A stretch of 51,090 nt of DNA, counting the filler, from Circinaria calcarea (Eukaryota): NCBI GenBank assembly GCA_051942165.1. It is 2 parts of 2 records of this genome, joined end to end, with 100 filler letters (N's around TTAATTAATTAA, not from the genome) between each part and the next. Parts side by side here need not be neighbours in the genome. Positions count along the whole stretch, not along the records: positions 1 to 25,522 come from JAVECS010000090.1; 1 more part is not named here. One strand, written 5' to 3'. How positions within the stretch are numbered: the first letter of the stretch is position 1; the number at the start of each line of letters is the position of its first letter. Below, in pieces: positions 12,555 to 23,298 of the stretch. Below the pieces are notes generated by a model. That model had not been told where the DNA came from, made no database searches, and saw only the letters and a program-made list of their open reading frames with translations. The position numbers were made by a program, and so were the translations under genes.

Positions 12555-13657
12555 GATTGCCAGCGAGCTCGATATGTGCAGCCAGTCTCTTTAAGCTCTA
12601 AGCATGTCGGCCATTATAGCGCACGCAAGTCAACTCAATTGGAGTTGAGGTGTCAAGCCGGAACGGGGGAAGTTTGTAGCGATCACACAGCGGAATTGGT
12701 GCCGCAGTCGTGTCAAGAAATTTGACAGCAGCTTCGAGATTTCACCGAAAAGTAACTGGACTTTATGTATACGCTCATTTGACTCCCTTGAATTCTTCTG
12801 GCAAACCTGTTGATTTGATCTGTCCGTGAGCCCTCCTACTCTCCATATTGAGCCTCATTCATCCACCCTCTGGAACGGTCAAGCAGCACTCAGACGTGCC
12901 ACATCAAGTCGTTGTTTATTGACTCACAGTGTTGAATTTGCCATTCCTCTACCACCCCGGAAGCAAGTACCAACTGTTGCCGGCTTCGAAGTCTCTACTA
13001 AGCCGGATGATATCTCAGGATTGTCCCCGATCGAATTGATAGGATCTTGTTCTTTGGCAGGTGGATTGATTACTCGGCAGAGAAATCCAACGTTCTTGTC
13101 ATTCAAGGCCCAGAACTCAAGTGTAAGACAAGACGAACGAACTCTAGAGCGTCAAGGATCGTTGCATGGATACCTTTTCCAAAGACGTTTGTCTCGCCGT
13201 GATCCAGTCTTGCGCTGAGATCGCTACTCGAAGTTTAGTTGAGACTCCTTTTGCCTTTATTTTCATGTAAATCTCGTTGCAACCTCGGTGGAGAGTGCAC
13301 TAGACCATTTTGTTACCGCTTTGGTTAATAGACCATCCATCGAATCGTGGGCTTTTGACCTCCTGTAGCCTTGGGAGCTATGTCACAAGACTAGGAAACT
13401 AGGGGACGCTTGAGACCATAAAGAGCGTGGATCTCCTCCTTTATTCAGCTGTACAGAGGCACCGGAGAAGGATATTGATTAGATCCTCCCGATTTGTGAA
13501 CTTTAAAGCGTCCAACTTTGACGTCTGGAGATCTGGATCACTTAGATACCCTCGCCTTCGATACTTTCAAGGGGCGGAGAAGGGGGAGGATTGCGTGCTC
13601 TGAGCATTGCGTCCGAGTCGAAGGGCAGAGTGCCGGCGTCTGTACTCGGTATCAGCT

Positions 13658-16600
13658 ATGAGAAGGGACAATCGCTCGTTGGGAGAGCAGAATGGGAAGG
13701 AGATGGCTAGACCCAAAGAAGGTATTTATGCTTCTTCAGTCTCTTCAGACTCATCAGTCCAATTAGACCAAGGTAGGGTGATTCATCAAGATCTGGGGCT
13801 TACACTTCCCCCCGGATTACAGATCCAGACGGACCAGGATGAAGATAGACCGGCGACGCCGAAGTCGTCTCCCACCAAGAATGCCAGGGGAAATGGGGTC
13901 AAAAGGCAGGGAAGCTTTGTCCAGAAGCGTAGAAGATGGGCGAGTAGCAAAGACATTGTGAAGGCCAAAAATGCTTCAGGGGATAGTCAAGAGCAGAGTG
14001 CACTTCAGCAAGGTTTTTCGGAGACCGCCAGCCTTCAAGAATCCAATGTGCAAGATAGGTCTCCTACTGCACCTGCTGAGACAAATAGAAAGCAGACAAG
14101 AAACACAGGCGCCAGCAAAATCCCAGCTACAACACAAGGACCGCCCCTACCGGTACGGCACCCAAGAAAAGACAATACTTGTTATCCAGCGGACAAGGAA
14201 GATGGGATCAATTCACCCTACAACACGAACAGCCCGAAGAATCCAAGGAGTGAAGGAGTCAATGCCTTACTACCAAACGACAAGCAATCTATTGTACCTC
14301 TTGCTGGGAGAAAGTCACTAAAGCGAAGGAGAGACATTGAGGACGTTGATGATGATGTAAACCTAGTGTCACCAAAGGATCACATACGTCCTGTGCCCGA
14401 CCCTATCGCTAGCTCCGCGGATAGGGGTTCGAACGAATTATCACACCAGCCGCCAGATTACCAGCCGCTTTGCCCTGCACCACACCATTCTGTGTACTCT
14501 CTAAAAAATTTAGCTCTGCATCCTCAACATCCAGAAGACAGCTTTGATCAGCCTGTACTCCCACAAGCTAGTTCTACTCATCCGCTACACCAAAAAGCAA
14601 GCTCTCATCGTTCTGTACATCTAGAAGCTAGCTTCGATCATTCCCTGCCTCAAGAAGCAAGCTTCAACCGTTCTCGACTTGTTCGTTCCAGTTCTTGCCC
14701 ACCGTTATTATCACACTCCTTCTCAACAAATATGACCCGCCAACCAGGCAGATATCAAGCGCGTGGCAGTGAGAACATTGCACCATGGCCCACCAGAAAT
14801 GTGCAGCCATACCTATCGTCTCCAGCGCCATCGCAGTCGCCTCACCAATCTCCTTCGGCTTCCTCGCAGTCGCCTTATCAATCTCCTTTAGCTCCGCCAC
14901 AGACGCCTTCTAGAAGACGTCGCCTTGAAGCACCATCGGAGTCGCCGTCTAGGAGACGTCGCACTGAAGCACAATCGCCCTCGACACATCCTGTTTTTCT
15001 TTCCGCCTCTCCAGTCTTTCACAGCCAACAGAGTAATGACCAGCCATCAATTCAAGCGTCATACCAAAAAAACACCTTCCCTTCTACACCGTCCCAAATA
15101 AATCCTACCGTCAATGCAGCGTTGTTAGCTCAACCAATCTCGAGTATGGATCGATACAACAGAAATTTTGTCAGCCAGCCTACAGTCCGAACATTGCAGC
15201 AGGTCAACACTTTTCCAACTGAAATGTCCCTATCGGACCCTCCCATCAGTGCTACGCCCTTCTATCAAGGTGTTTCAACTTCAGACTGTCGTGACCAGCA
15301 ACTTGCTACTCAGCCTATGCTCCGAGCCTCGCAGCAACTTAACCCAAATCTATCTGAACAATCCTTTGTGAATTCTTCTATAAATGATACATCGTTCCGT
15401 CCCGGAGTTTCAAATCCACACGGTTACAACCAGCATTTTGTCGGCCGCCTTACACCCCGAGCATCACAGCAGGCCAACATATTCTCATGTGCACCGTCCC
15501 CAGTCGATACGTCTACCCATGGCACACCAGCCTATCAAGCCTTTTCGCCAGTGTTTGACAACCAGTCGGTGGCGCCTCATGGAAATCCCATGTCACCACC
15601 GACTACATCAAACACTACACCACGGCGCAGCCTAAGTATCTCACAGACTGGACACGATATGGCCTATAGCAGTAATCCCTCGGGTAGTGAATCCACCTCT
15701 CCAGTCAGACAAGCTGAACCTCGCATGAACAAGACGTCTCTGGCAAAACTCGACAAAGCTCTGCGCAAGAATGAACAACTCAAGGCTACAGTGAAAAGCC
15801 TCAAAGAGGAACTGGCCACGAAGAGTCAGCAGGCAAAGGATTTTCAACAAGGAGGGTACATCCAAGGGTTGAAACAGGACATAAGACGCCAGAACGAGCA
15901 GTTGGCCAAGAAGGATGAGGAGATCGCTCACTGGAAGCAATCTTCCAAGCGATTTGAGGATATGGTTAAGCAGTGGCGACCACCGATTGCCTCGAACGCC
16001 AGCATCCTCGCCAATTACGGCTTTGATGCAACGAATCGAGCAATCGATTCCATGGGTTATAGGCCATCAGTGCCCAGCGAACCTATACGTCTAGGCCACC
16101 GCGCTCCGCTCTTCCACACGCAGCAACGTCAACCTGAATCCATCATTATCATAGATGATGGTGATGATGTGTTGGAGGATCCCGCTCCCTCTACGATTCG
16201 TACTGGCACTGCACCAGCCGACGACCCGTTCGACTTCTCCGGGGACCTCTTTGCAAACGCCGGCACACCCCTTCCCCCAGTCGACGACGACCCGTTCGAC
16301 TTCTCCGGGGACCTCTTTGCAAATGCCGGCGCACCCCCTCCTCCCCCAATCGACTTCAGTACGTACGACTTTGGGCCCTCGGCCGATTTCGACCTGTTCA
16401 ATCAGGATAATTCTGCTGACAGCCAACCGGCCCCAGTCGGCCCGTCTCTTCCCGACCGGCCTATTCCCGGCGCCGCCCCCTCCGATCCAAGCCCAGGGCA
16501 AGCCACTCCTGCGCCAACTACCCCTCGGGAAGCTGCCCCTCCTCCGTGCACTCCCCAGCAGGCTCTTCCCCAGGAAGTGGTTCCTGTTGACGAGGCGGCC

Positions 16601-16993
16601 GCCGAGCGTGAACGACGCAGAAAGGAGGATATCTGGTTGGCGGCATTGAACGCAAACCAGAATCTGCCTGAGGACTATCGGTACGACTTGACCCGGCGGA
16701 TACAGATGGAGAGAGAGATCCACGACTGGGGGATTGAAGATGTTGGCGTGGAGGATGCCGTGGTGGGCGATGAGGCGGAGAACGGGATGGACAGAGTGGT
16801 GCGGGGTTTGGTGCAAGGGGTGGTGGTGGACAATTCTCGGACGAAGGAGGAGGAGAAGGAGTTTGTGGCGGGGTTGGAGGAGGAGGATGCCTTCGACTAC
16901 ATAATGGGCAACGGTGGGGGTTCCGGGCAATTTGTCCCCGGGGAAGATTTCCCCGTGCCGAATCTGGACGAGTTCCAGTTTGACATGGAGTGA
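13658..16993 (+). CDS. Hypothetical ~1100-aa low-complexity (S/P/Q-rich) protein with a coiled coil and acidic tail
   Basis: Uninterrupted 3.3-kb ORF; coiled coil KLDKALRKNEQLKATVKSLKEEL...; basic NLS-like clusters; first ATG at 13658, start uncertain; no recognisable domain. Confidence 0.75.
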   Translation: MRRDNRSLGEQNGKEMARPKEGIYASSVSSDSSVQLDQGRVIHQDLGLTLPPGLQIQTDQDEDRPATPKSSPTKNARGNGVKRQGSFVQKRRRWASSKDIVKAKNASGDSQEQSALQQGFSETASLQESNVQDRSPTAPAETNRKQTRNTGASKIPATTQGPPLPVRHPRKDNTCYPADKEDGINSPYNTNSPKNPRSEGVNALLPNDKQSIVPLAGRKSLKRRRDIEDVDDDVNLVSPKDHIRPVPDPIASSADRGSNELSHQPPDYQPLCPAPHHSVYSLKNLALHPQHPEDSFDQPVLPQASSTHPLHQKASSHRSVHLEASFDHSLPQEASFNRSRLVRSSSCPPLLSHSFSTNMTRQPGRYQARGSENIAPWPTRNVQPYLSSPAPSQSPHQSPSASSQSPYQSPLAPPQTPSRRRRLEAPSESPSRRRRTEAQSPSTHPVFLSASPVFHSQQSNDQPSIQASYQKNTFPSTPSQINPTVNAALLAQPISSMDRYNRNFVSQPTVRTLQQVNTFPTEMSLSDPPISATPFYQGVSTSDCRDQQLATQPMLRASQQLNPNLSEQSFVNSSINDTSFRPGVSNPHGYNQHFVGRLTPRASQQANIFSCAPSPVDTSTHGTPAYQAFSPVFDNQSVAPHGNPMSPPTTSNTTPRRSLSISQTGHDMAYSSNPSGSESTSPVRQAEPRMNKTSLAKLDKALRKNEQLKATVKSLKEELATKSQQAKDFQQGGYIQGLKQDIRRQNEQLAKKDEEIAHWKQSSKRFEDMVKQWRPPIASNASILANYGFDATNRAIDSMGYRPSVPSEPIRLGHRAPLFHTQQRQPESIIIIDDGDDVLEDPAPSTIRTGTAPADDPFDFSGDLFANAGTPLPPVDDDPFDFSGDLFANAGAPPPPPIDFSTYDFGPSADFDLFNQDNSADSQPAPVGPSLPDRPIPGAAPSDPSPGQATPAPTTPREAAPPPCTPQQALPQEVVPVDEAAAERERRRKEDIWLAALNANQNLPEDYRYDLTRRIQMEREIHDWGIEDVGVEDAVVGDEAENGMDRVVRGLVQGVVVDNSRTKEEEKEFVAGLEEEDAFDYIMGNGGGSGQFVPGEDFPVPNLDEFQFDME
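16220..16345 (+). repeat. 66-bp-period intragenic tandem duplication (DDPFDFSGDLFANAG x2)
   Basis: gacgacccgttcgacttctccggggacctctttgcaaa at 16220 and 16286. Confidence 0.9.
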
Positions 16994-17459
16994 GATGGTG
17001 GTGCTGTTGCTGCCGCTGCCGGGGGCTGCTGGCTGTTTAAAAGGTAGTGTGTGATTTTGTTAGCTTTTGTTTTGCTTTCGGAAACGAATTAATGAAGACT
17101 TGATACTGGAGATCCCCGTCTCCTTATTTGAAGTCTTGAGTGAAGTTAATATTCTCAATTTCGAATCAGAGATACAAGGGCATGTGAAGATTTATCACCA
17201 ATTACTAAGCTCCTGCTGCTATTGACGGCCTCTGCGTTCTTCAAAAAAGGTGCTGGTGGTCGTTATCTTAAAGCAAGGGAAGGAATGGATTCATGTCTCT
17301 TAGGGATGTTGAGGGATGCAGTTTATCTGCTATTGTCGTTAATCGAAATCGAAATTGGATTTGGAATTGGATTGAAGGGAAAGGGGACATGTGTGTTTTC
17401 TTTCCCCTCTACTTCGCTTCGTTTTGTTTTGCTTTTGCTTTGTGGGGTACGATTTCAAA

Positions 17460-17485
17460 TTTTTTTTTTTTTTTTTTAAAAAAAA
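17460..17485. repeat. Poly(T)-poly(A) homopolymer tract
   Basis: T run immediately followed by an A run in intergenic DNA. Confidence 0.85.
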
Positions 17486-18052
17486 GGGAGCTCGGTACTA
17501 GAAAGGACCGGACGGATCAGCCCCTCGGGCTTGTTGTGGCGGGATTCTTTTTCTTTCATTTGGGGGGAGAATTCGGGACTTTGTCTAGAGTTTCGAGTTT
17601 TCGAGTTTGAGTTCGTTTCTCGTTTTCAGTGTCGGGTTTTGGTTATCAGTATCGGTTGATGGGGAGATGTGGGTACTGGTTTGGGTATGGGTATTTACTA
17701 TAGGCGCCGGGAGTGAGTAACCGACCGACCAACCGACCGACTGCTTCAGAAAAAGGAAAACTAAGGAGATAAGGGAAAGGGATGATGGTTTCATTCACTT
17801 AACCATCCTAATAGATAGAAAAACAGGGGAACGAGGTTTACGGAGTTATCCCCCCCCCCCCCTGGGGACCCCTTCTCAAAAATACTCTCCCCGATGAAAA
17901 AAAAATCAACAACCGAGACCAAAAAAGTTCAACCCGACCTGATCCCACCCGATACTCCCATGGGATTGGGACTCATTCATGCCATGGGAATAAACTGTGA
18001 GTGCAGACTGCGGACTGGGGTACTGCTAGCTGCTGAGAGGCTTCTAACCGCT

Positions 18053-18080
18053 GAGAGAGAGAGAGAGAGATAGAGAGATA
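18053..18080. repeat. (GA)n microsatellite
   Basis: gagagagagagagagaga tagagagata. Confidence 0.85.
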
Positions 18081-18329
18081 CGATATTTGGAGATGATTTT
18101 ATTTGTCAATTAGTCCATGTGTCCCATAGAGATGATAGATGTAGTGCTCCTGACGGACATTCCGTGCTCAGAATGAATAATATCCTTGACCATCATGGCG
18201 CGATGGTAGAAAATCCCGATCTGACGATTCAACGTCTATCCAAGACATCACTCCACAAACCCATCATGCAATCAAAGATCCCGCAGGCTATGCAAATACA
18301 AAATACCAAGCAAATGCGGCAAAGTTCAC

Positions 18330-19424
18330 TCATATACCCTTTTGCGGCCGACTCACTGGCAGCTCGTCGCTCAAGCTGCCCCACCACCTCCGCCTTAACG
18401 CCGGATTCTCCTCCTCGCCATGCATCGCTCTTCCTCCCTCATATCGCTCCTTCCTTCCCACTCTTCCTCCTCTTACCTCTTTCCTTCCCGTCTTTACATC
18501 CCTCCGACTCGTCCCGCAGCAGCACATGCCCAGCTGACCCATTGCGCCCAGCAGCGCGCATCCAGCCGCAATCCACATGAATATCAGCATCATACGGCCC
18601 ACGCTAGCACCGATATTGATATCGGCGGCGACCTGGTGGAGCTGGTTGGCGAAGATAGACCACATGGCGGTGGCAATAACGGCGGCGACAGTGGTCATGA
18701 GGGCGGAGAGGAGGGTGAAGATGGCGATGGGGATGGCGGTCAGGCGGGAGTAGACTGAGAGGGGGGTGAGGAAGATGGCGAGGAAGGAGGTGAAAGTCGA
18801 AGCGAAGAAACAGACGAACATGGCCCGGGAGGCGAGGCGGATGATGTTGAGGTATTTGGTTATGGTGGTAGGGATGGAAACTTTGGAGTAGGTGGAAGGT
18901 TAGTAAATGGTGAGAAGGGTTGTGGGAGGAAGGGGCAAGATGGTTTCTTTACCGGTTGCGCCGTCCAAGAGCTCCTCGAGCAGGATTTGCACCGGGTTGA
19001 ACCAGTAGAGAAGCCTCGGCTTGCTACAGGCTGTAATGCCTACGCCGTTGTAACCTTCACAGAAATTCCACATTCCGACTTGGTAAAAGTCGTGGAGGCC
19101 GATTGAGCGGGCTAAGCTGTTGAGAAGGCGGGCGTTGGGTACGCTCGTGGGTATTATCCGGCTGGTGTCGAGTTTGAAAAAGTAAATGTCGCCGAGGACA
19201 TGGTGATTGGAGACGTTTCCGATGTTGATCAGGATGAGGAAAACGAGGGAGACGAGGAAGAGGAAGGAGGTGAAGATGGCAAAGGCCTTTCGCCCTTTCG
19301 TCGCGGCTTTGATTTCTCTGTCCGAGGTCTTGGGATCCGAGTGAGCGGAGGTCGGAGATGCCTGGGACGGAGGTGCATTCGAGCCCTGTGAGCGGCGGAC
19401 TGCGTTGTAGATGGGGCCGCTCAT
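18330..19424 (-). CDS. SUR7/PalI-family four-TM membrane protein
   Basis: N-terminal TM, motif IGLHDFYQVGMWNFCEGYNGVGITACSKP, three further TMs; intron 18952-18881 (AAG acceptor) joins the two ORFs in frame. Confidence 0.9.
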
Positions 19425-20388
19425 CTTGGGAATGATTTCGTAAAGTCGAATTGGCTGCTGGGCCTCCAGGGCCGATAGACAATAAGAAACTGTTCACAAA
19501 AATGGGAGAGGACGAGTAATCCTTTGGCGGCAAGAAACGAAAGCAGTGCTTTTGATCACAGATGAACTTGACGGGGAGAGAGGCGGTTCAACTGATATAT
19601 GTTAGGGACAATTCTTTTGCGCAGGCGGTTGGTTGTTGTATTATGTTGTTATGGTGCCAACCACGCAGTGCACCAACAATGCCTGGGAGGATCAATACAG
19701 TGCCGACATTGGTAACGGAGAAGAGAAGGCAGAGAGTGAATTCTGTTCCATACTGCGCCTACGATAAGTTACATGATCTAAAGTAGATCCCCTTTGACGC
19801 TCCATAGTGCGTTTCTTCCCCGTATGGATGAGAAATGGGGAAGGTCGGTGGAGGAGACAGGACGAGACGTCATCTCCAATGCAGCACCCACCTGTCATTT
19901 TTGGTTGGAGAGACGATCCACTACTATAGTAACGCGTTGCCCTTAAAGCGGATAAGCTTTTTCGGTAGTGCTCACTGATACCCAATACGAGTTAATCGCC
20001 TTTTTGAGTTTGTGCTTCTCTTGACGATCAACCACCAGACCTTACATATTGTATGTGCCCGACTTGTCTGCGGATCAAAAGATTGCAGGTGGTCCGAGTC
20101 CCGCGGGACCCCTGAATTTACCCCGCGGCCCAATGCCGCCGTTTACGCGGCCAATCATAAAGTGTTCAGGCGATAAAATACGTCATGCGGAAAATTGAGC
20201 CGTTGTCTGAACGAGCAATGCTGGTGACTGGGAGGCAGATGTTAGAATTTCTTGCAGCTCCAATAAGTTGACTCAACTTCTCTGATATTTCACAATTGCA
20301 GTCTCTTCCTGTTCACAACTTCGACTCCATCATGTGAGGAGTTGGTGTCGGCGACTCGGTTCTGTGTGCGGCGACTATCTTCTTTTTA

Positions 20389-21831
20389 ATGTATCTATTT
20401 ATCCCAGTCGGCCTCCTCCTGGCTCTTCAGGTACATGCTCAGAGCAGCAGTACCAGTCGCAGCATCAGCACTGTCACTCTCTCAGGTACACGCTCGCTCA
20501 CTACGTCCATACCCTTTGGTGGAGGGGACTTTGTGCCTACGGGTAGCCACGTCTCCTACCTCAGCTACAACACAACAATCACCCTCTCCTCTACTACATA
20601 TACTAGAGGCGCCTCGAACAGCTCAGCCGCTTCCATCTCTGGTGCCAATCCAAATAGCTCCATCACCTCCACAAGCTCACTATCCACCTCTCCAACCGCT
20701 ACCCTTCTCGTCGGGACCAATGCAGCATCTTCCTCCAACGGGACGAGTACCTCCACCGCCCCTGAACCTACAAACACTCAAGCCTGCAACAACTATCCCG
20801 AACTCTGCTCTCGTTCATATAGCAACATCACCTTTGTCGCCGCACATAACTCTCCTTTCGTCAATGCGAACAATGTCGCCGCAAACCAAGATTATGGCGT
20901 TCTCGATCAGCTCAACGATGGTATCCGTATGCTGCAAGGGCAGACCCACTATGTGGACGATACCATCTATTATTGTCACACAAGTTGCGCTATCCTCAAC
21001 GGTGGGAGTGCCGAAGCCTATTTCACCAACGTCTCCAACTGGCTCGCCGCAAACCCATACGATGTTGTGACCATCTTAATCGGCAATGGCGACTTCATCG
21101 ATGTGGGTAAATTTACCGCACCTTTGGAATCCTCCGGTCTCTCGCGCTACGCCTACATCCCCCCCAAGATTCCAATGGCACGCTCTGACTGGCCCACCCT
21201 AGCCTCCCTCATTCTCCACAACTCCCGCGCCATCATCTTCATGGACTACCAAGCCAACCAAAAATCAGTTCCATATATCCTAGACGAGTTCTCCCAGATG
21301 TGGGAGACGCCGTTCAGTCCTACAAATGAAAGTTTTCCCTGTACAGTCGACCGCCCACCCGGCATCAGCAAAGCCGACGCGGAAAATCGATTATACATGG
21401 CAAATCACAACCTCAATACCGAAATCAACCTCCTCGGAGTAAGCATCCTGGTACCCACAACAGTCAAGCTAAACACCACCAATGCCGTCAGCGGATTTGG
21501 GAGTCTGGGTCTAGCAGCCAATAATTGCGTCGGCATGTCTTTCCCCTTATCCTCGCTTTTCCAATCCAAAGTCCCGATTCCGATAACTAACATCTCTGCT
21601 CCCAAAACAGATTCATGGAACTATCCCCCCAACTTTCTACTTGTAGACTACTACAACCGGGGCTCCTACCCCGGCAGCGTCTTCGAAGTCGCCGCTCAAC
21701 ACAACAATGTCACCTACAACCGCAAATGTTGCGGTTCGGCCGTGCGATCGGCTGCTGGTCGTGCCGTGGTGATGCAGGCATCGATTATCGGGTTGTTGTC
21801 GTTGCTTGTGACTGCAATTACGATATTCTGA
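20389..21831 (+). CDS. Secreted, probably GPI-anchored PLC-like phosphodiesterase (PI-PLC X-domain-like)
   Basis: Signal peptide, S/T-rich linker, ACNNYPELCSRSYSNITFVAAHNSPF...QLNDGIRMLQGQTH...CHTSC, DEFSQMWETPF, PNFLLVDYY, hydrophobic C-terminus; probable intron 21533-21610. Confidence 0.9.
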   Translation: MYLFIPVGLLLALQVHAQSSSTSRSISTVTLSGTRSLTTSIPFGGGDFVPTGSHVSYLSYNTTITLSSTTYTRGASNSSAASISGANPNSSITSTSSLSTSPTATLLVGTNAASSSNGTSTSTAPEPTNTQACNNYPELCSRSYSNITFVAAHNSPFVNANNVAANQDYGVLDQLNDGIRMLQGQTHYVDDTIYYCHTSCAILNGGSAEAYFTNVSNWLAANPYDVVTILIGNGDFIDVGKFTAPLESSGLSRYAYIPPKIPMARSDWPTLASLILHNSRAIIFMDYQANQKSVPYILDEFSQMWETPFSPTNESFPCTVDRPPGISKADAENRLYMANHNLNTEINLLGVSILVPTTVKLNTTNAVSGFGSLGLAANNCVGMSFPLSSLFQSKVPIPITNISAPKTDSWNYPPNFLLVDYYNRGSYPGSVFEVAAQHNNVTYNRKCCGSAVRSAAGRAVVMQASIIGLLSLLVTAITIF

Positions 21832-23298
21832 TAAACCAGGACGGGAATGGGAATAGGAATGGAAACTGGGATTATTTAGTGTGGGTCTTTTGGGGGTTCG
21901 GGCATAGCGATGGGCGTTTCCTTTAACTTTGTGGGGGGTGGATCAAGGCCTGTCTTGAAGGAGCAAGGAGAGAGGATTGGACCGCAATTATTTTTTTTAG
22001 GATATATTTACGGTCAGCGAGGGTTTCCGTAGAGGGTTTCTGATTATGGTAGAAGAGTACATATTACCGATATATACGTATAACCAGTGGTCTCGTCTCC
22101 CCTTGGGTACAAAAACAAGAACCCGGCAGGATAGGAAAAAGCACATTTGAGAAGGGAATAGTAGATATGTAGATTGACAATTTTCCTCCAAAGGTCCTCT
22201 CTTTTTTCTCTCACTCTACCCATGACTGCCTTAACCATTATACGGTAGTAAAGTATCACCGCGGATGACCGGGAAAAAAAAATGCAACCAGCAAAAATTC
22301 ACCCCCCCCCCCGCCGTATGGTACTGTAGGCACACCCCACTAATACTAATTCGAGCCTCAGGATCAGGAGATAGCCCTACCTTAGTGTTAGAAGGGGGGT
22401 CCCTCACAAATTTGGGTTGGGGGCTTATTACTTACCATAGGCAAGTAAATACGGTGGGGTGGATTTTTTTCCTGTCACCCCGCGTGTGGTTGGTATGGTA
22501 TCACGGTATCTAACTGGGATTGGTGGCTGGTGGATGATAGAGCTACCATAAAGGTGGGGGGCTGGTGGTTTTACAGGTTACTGGGTAACGGGCACTGGGT
22601 AACGGGTATCAAACCGGGGTGTGTTTTTGCAGAGGAGCCCCCGTTTCCGGGAAATTATATGGTAGCATTTACAGAAGTGCTCGATATGGGTACTCGAGTT
22701 TACCGAGTATAGTACAGTGCCTACCTAGCAACAATTTCAGTGCAGTTCATACCTACAGAGAGAGGTGCACGTTGAACGGGCGATTTTTTTCGAATTTTTT
22801 TTTTCATTGCTATCATTTTTCAATTTTCCAAATTGCTCGCGTACAGAACAACTATCTAAAGACAAACATGCAGGTACAAGAGTTTCATCGTGTCATCATG
22901 TCATCATATCTCATTCATCAGACACCAGCAATAGTACAACAGCTGGCCTGGCCGGAGGGTGTGGGGTATCATCGCTGAAAATGCGGTAAGATTCGCGTGG
23001 TGCAAAAGTCCAAAGAGATAGGTGTAGTTTGTCGGCTTAGACGGGGTTCCCTCCTATTCCAAAGGAAGAGAGAGAGAGAGAGAGGCGTTGGAGGTCCTAC
23101 TTCTGCAGAAGAGCGCCTTGCGGCAGCCGTGTGCATTTTTCGAACCATTTTCCTCCCCGAAGCGACGCACATGTGAAGAATGGGGCCCTCAATTCTTTCT
23201 CTGAACAGAGAGAAGAAGAAGAAGAGGTTAAGGCACTACTGGACCATTCTCCATCGAGAGTGGTTGATTTCGCACCAAGCCCCGGACGCAGAGACCCC

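Noticed and set aside
16091..16930. 279-aa minus-strand ORF
   Set aside because: Antisense shadow of GC-rich coding sequence with no domain features
22260..22730. Possible MITE or transposon relic (8-bp inverted GTAGGCAC/GTGCCTAC, repeated ACTGGGTAACGGG)
   Set aside because: Inverted repeat too short, no target-site duplication and no second copy in the window
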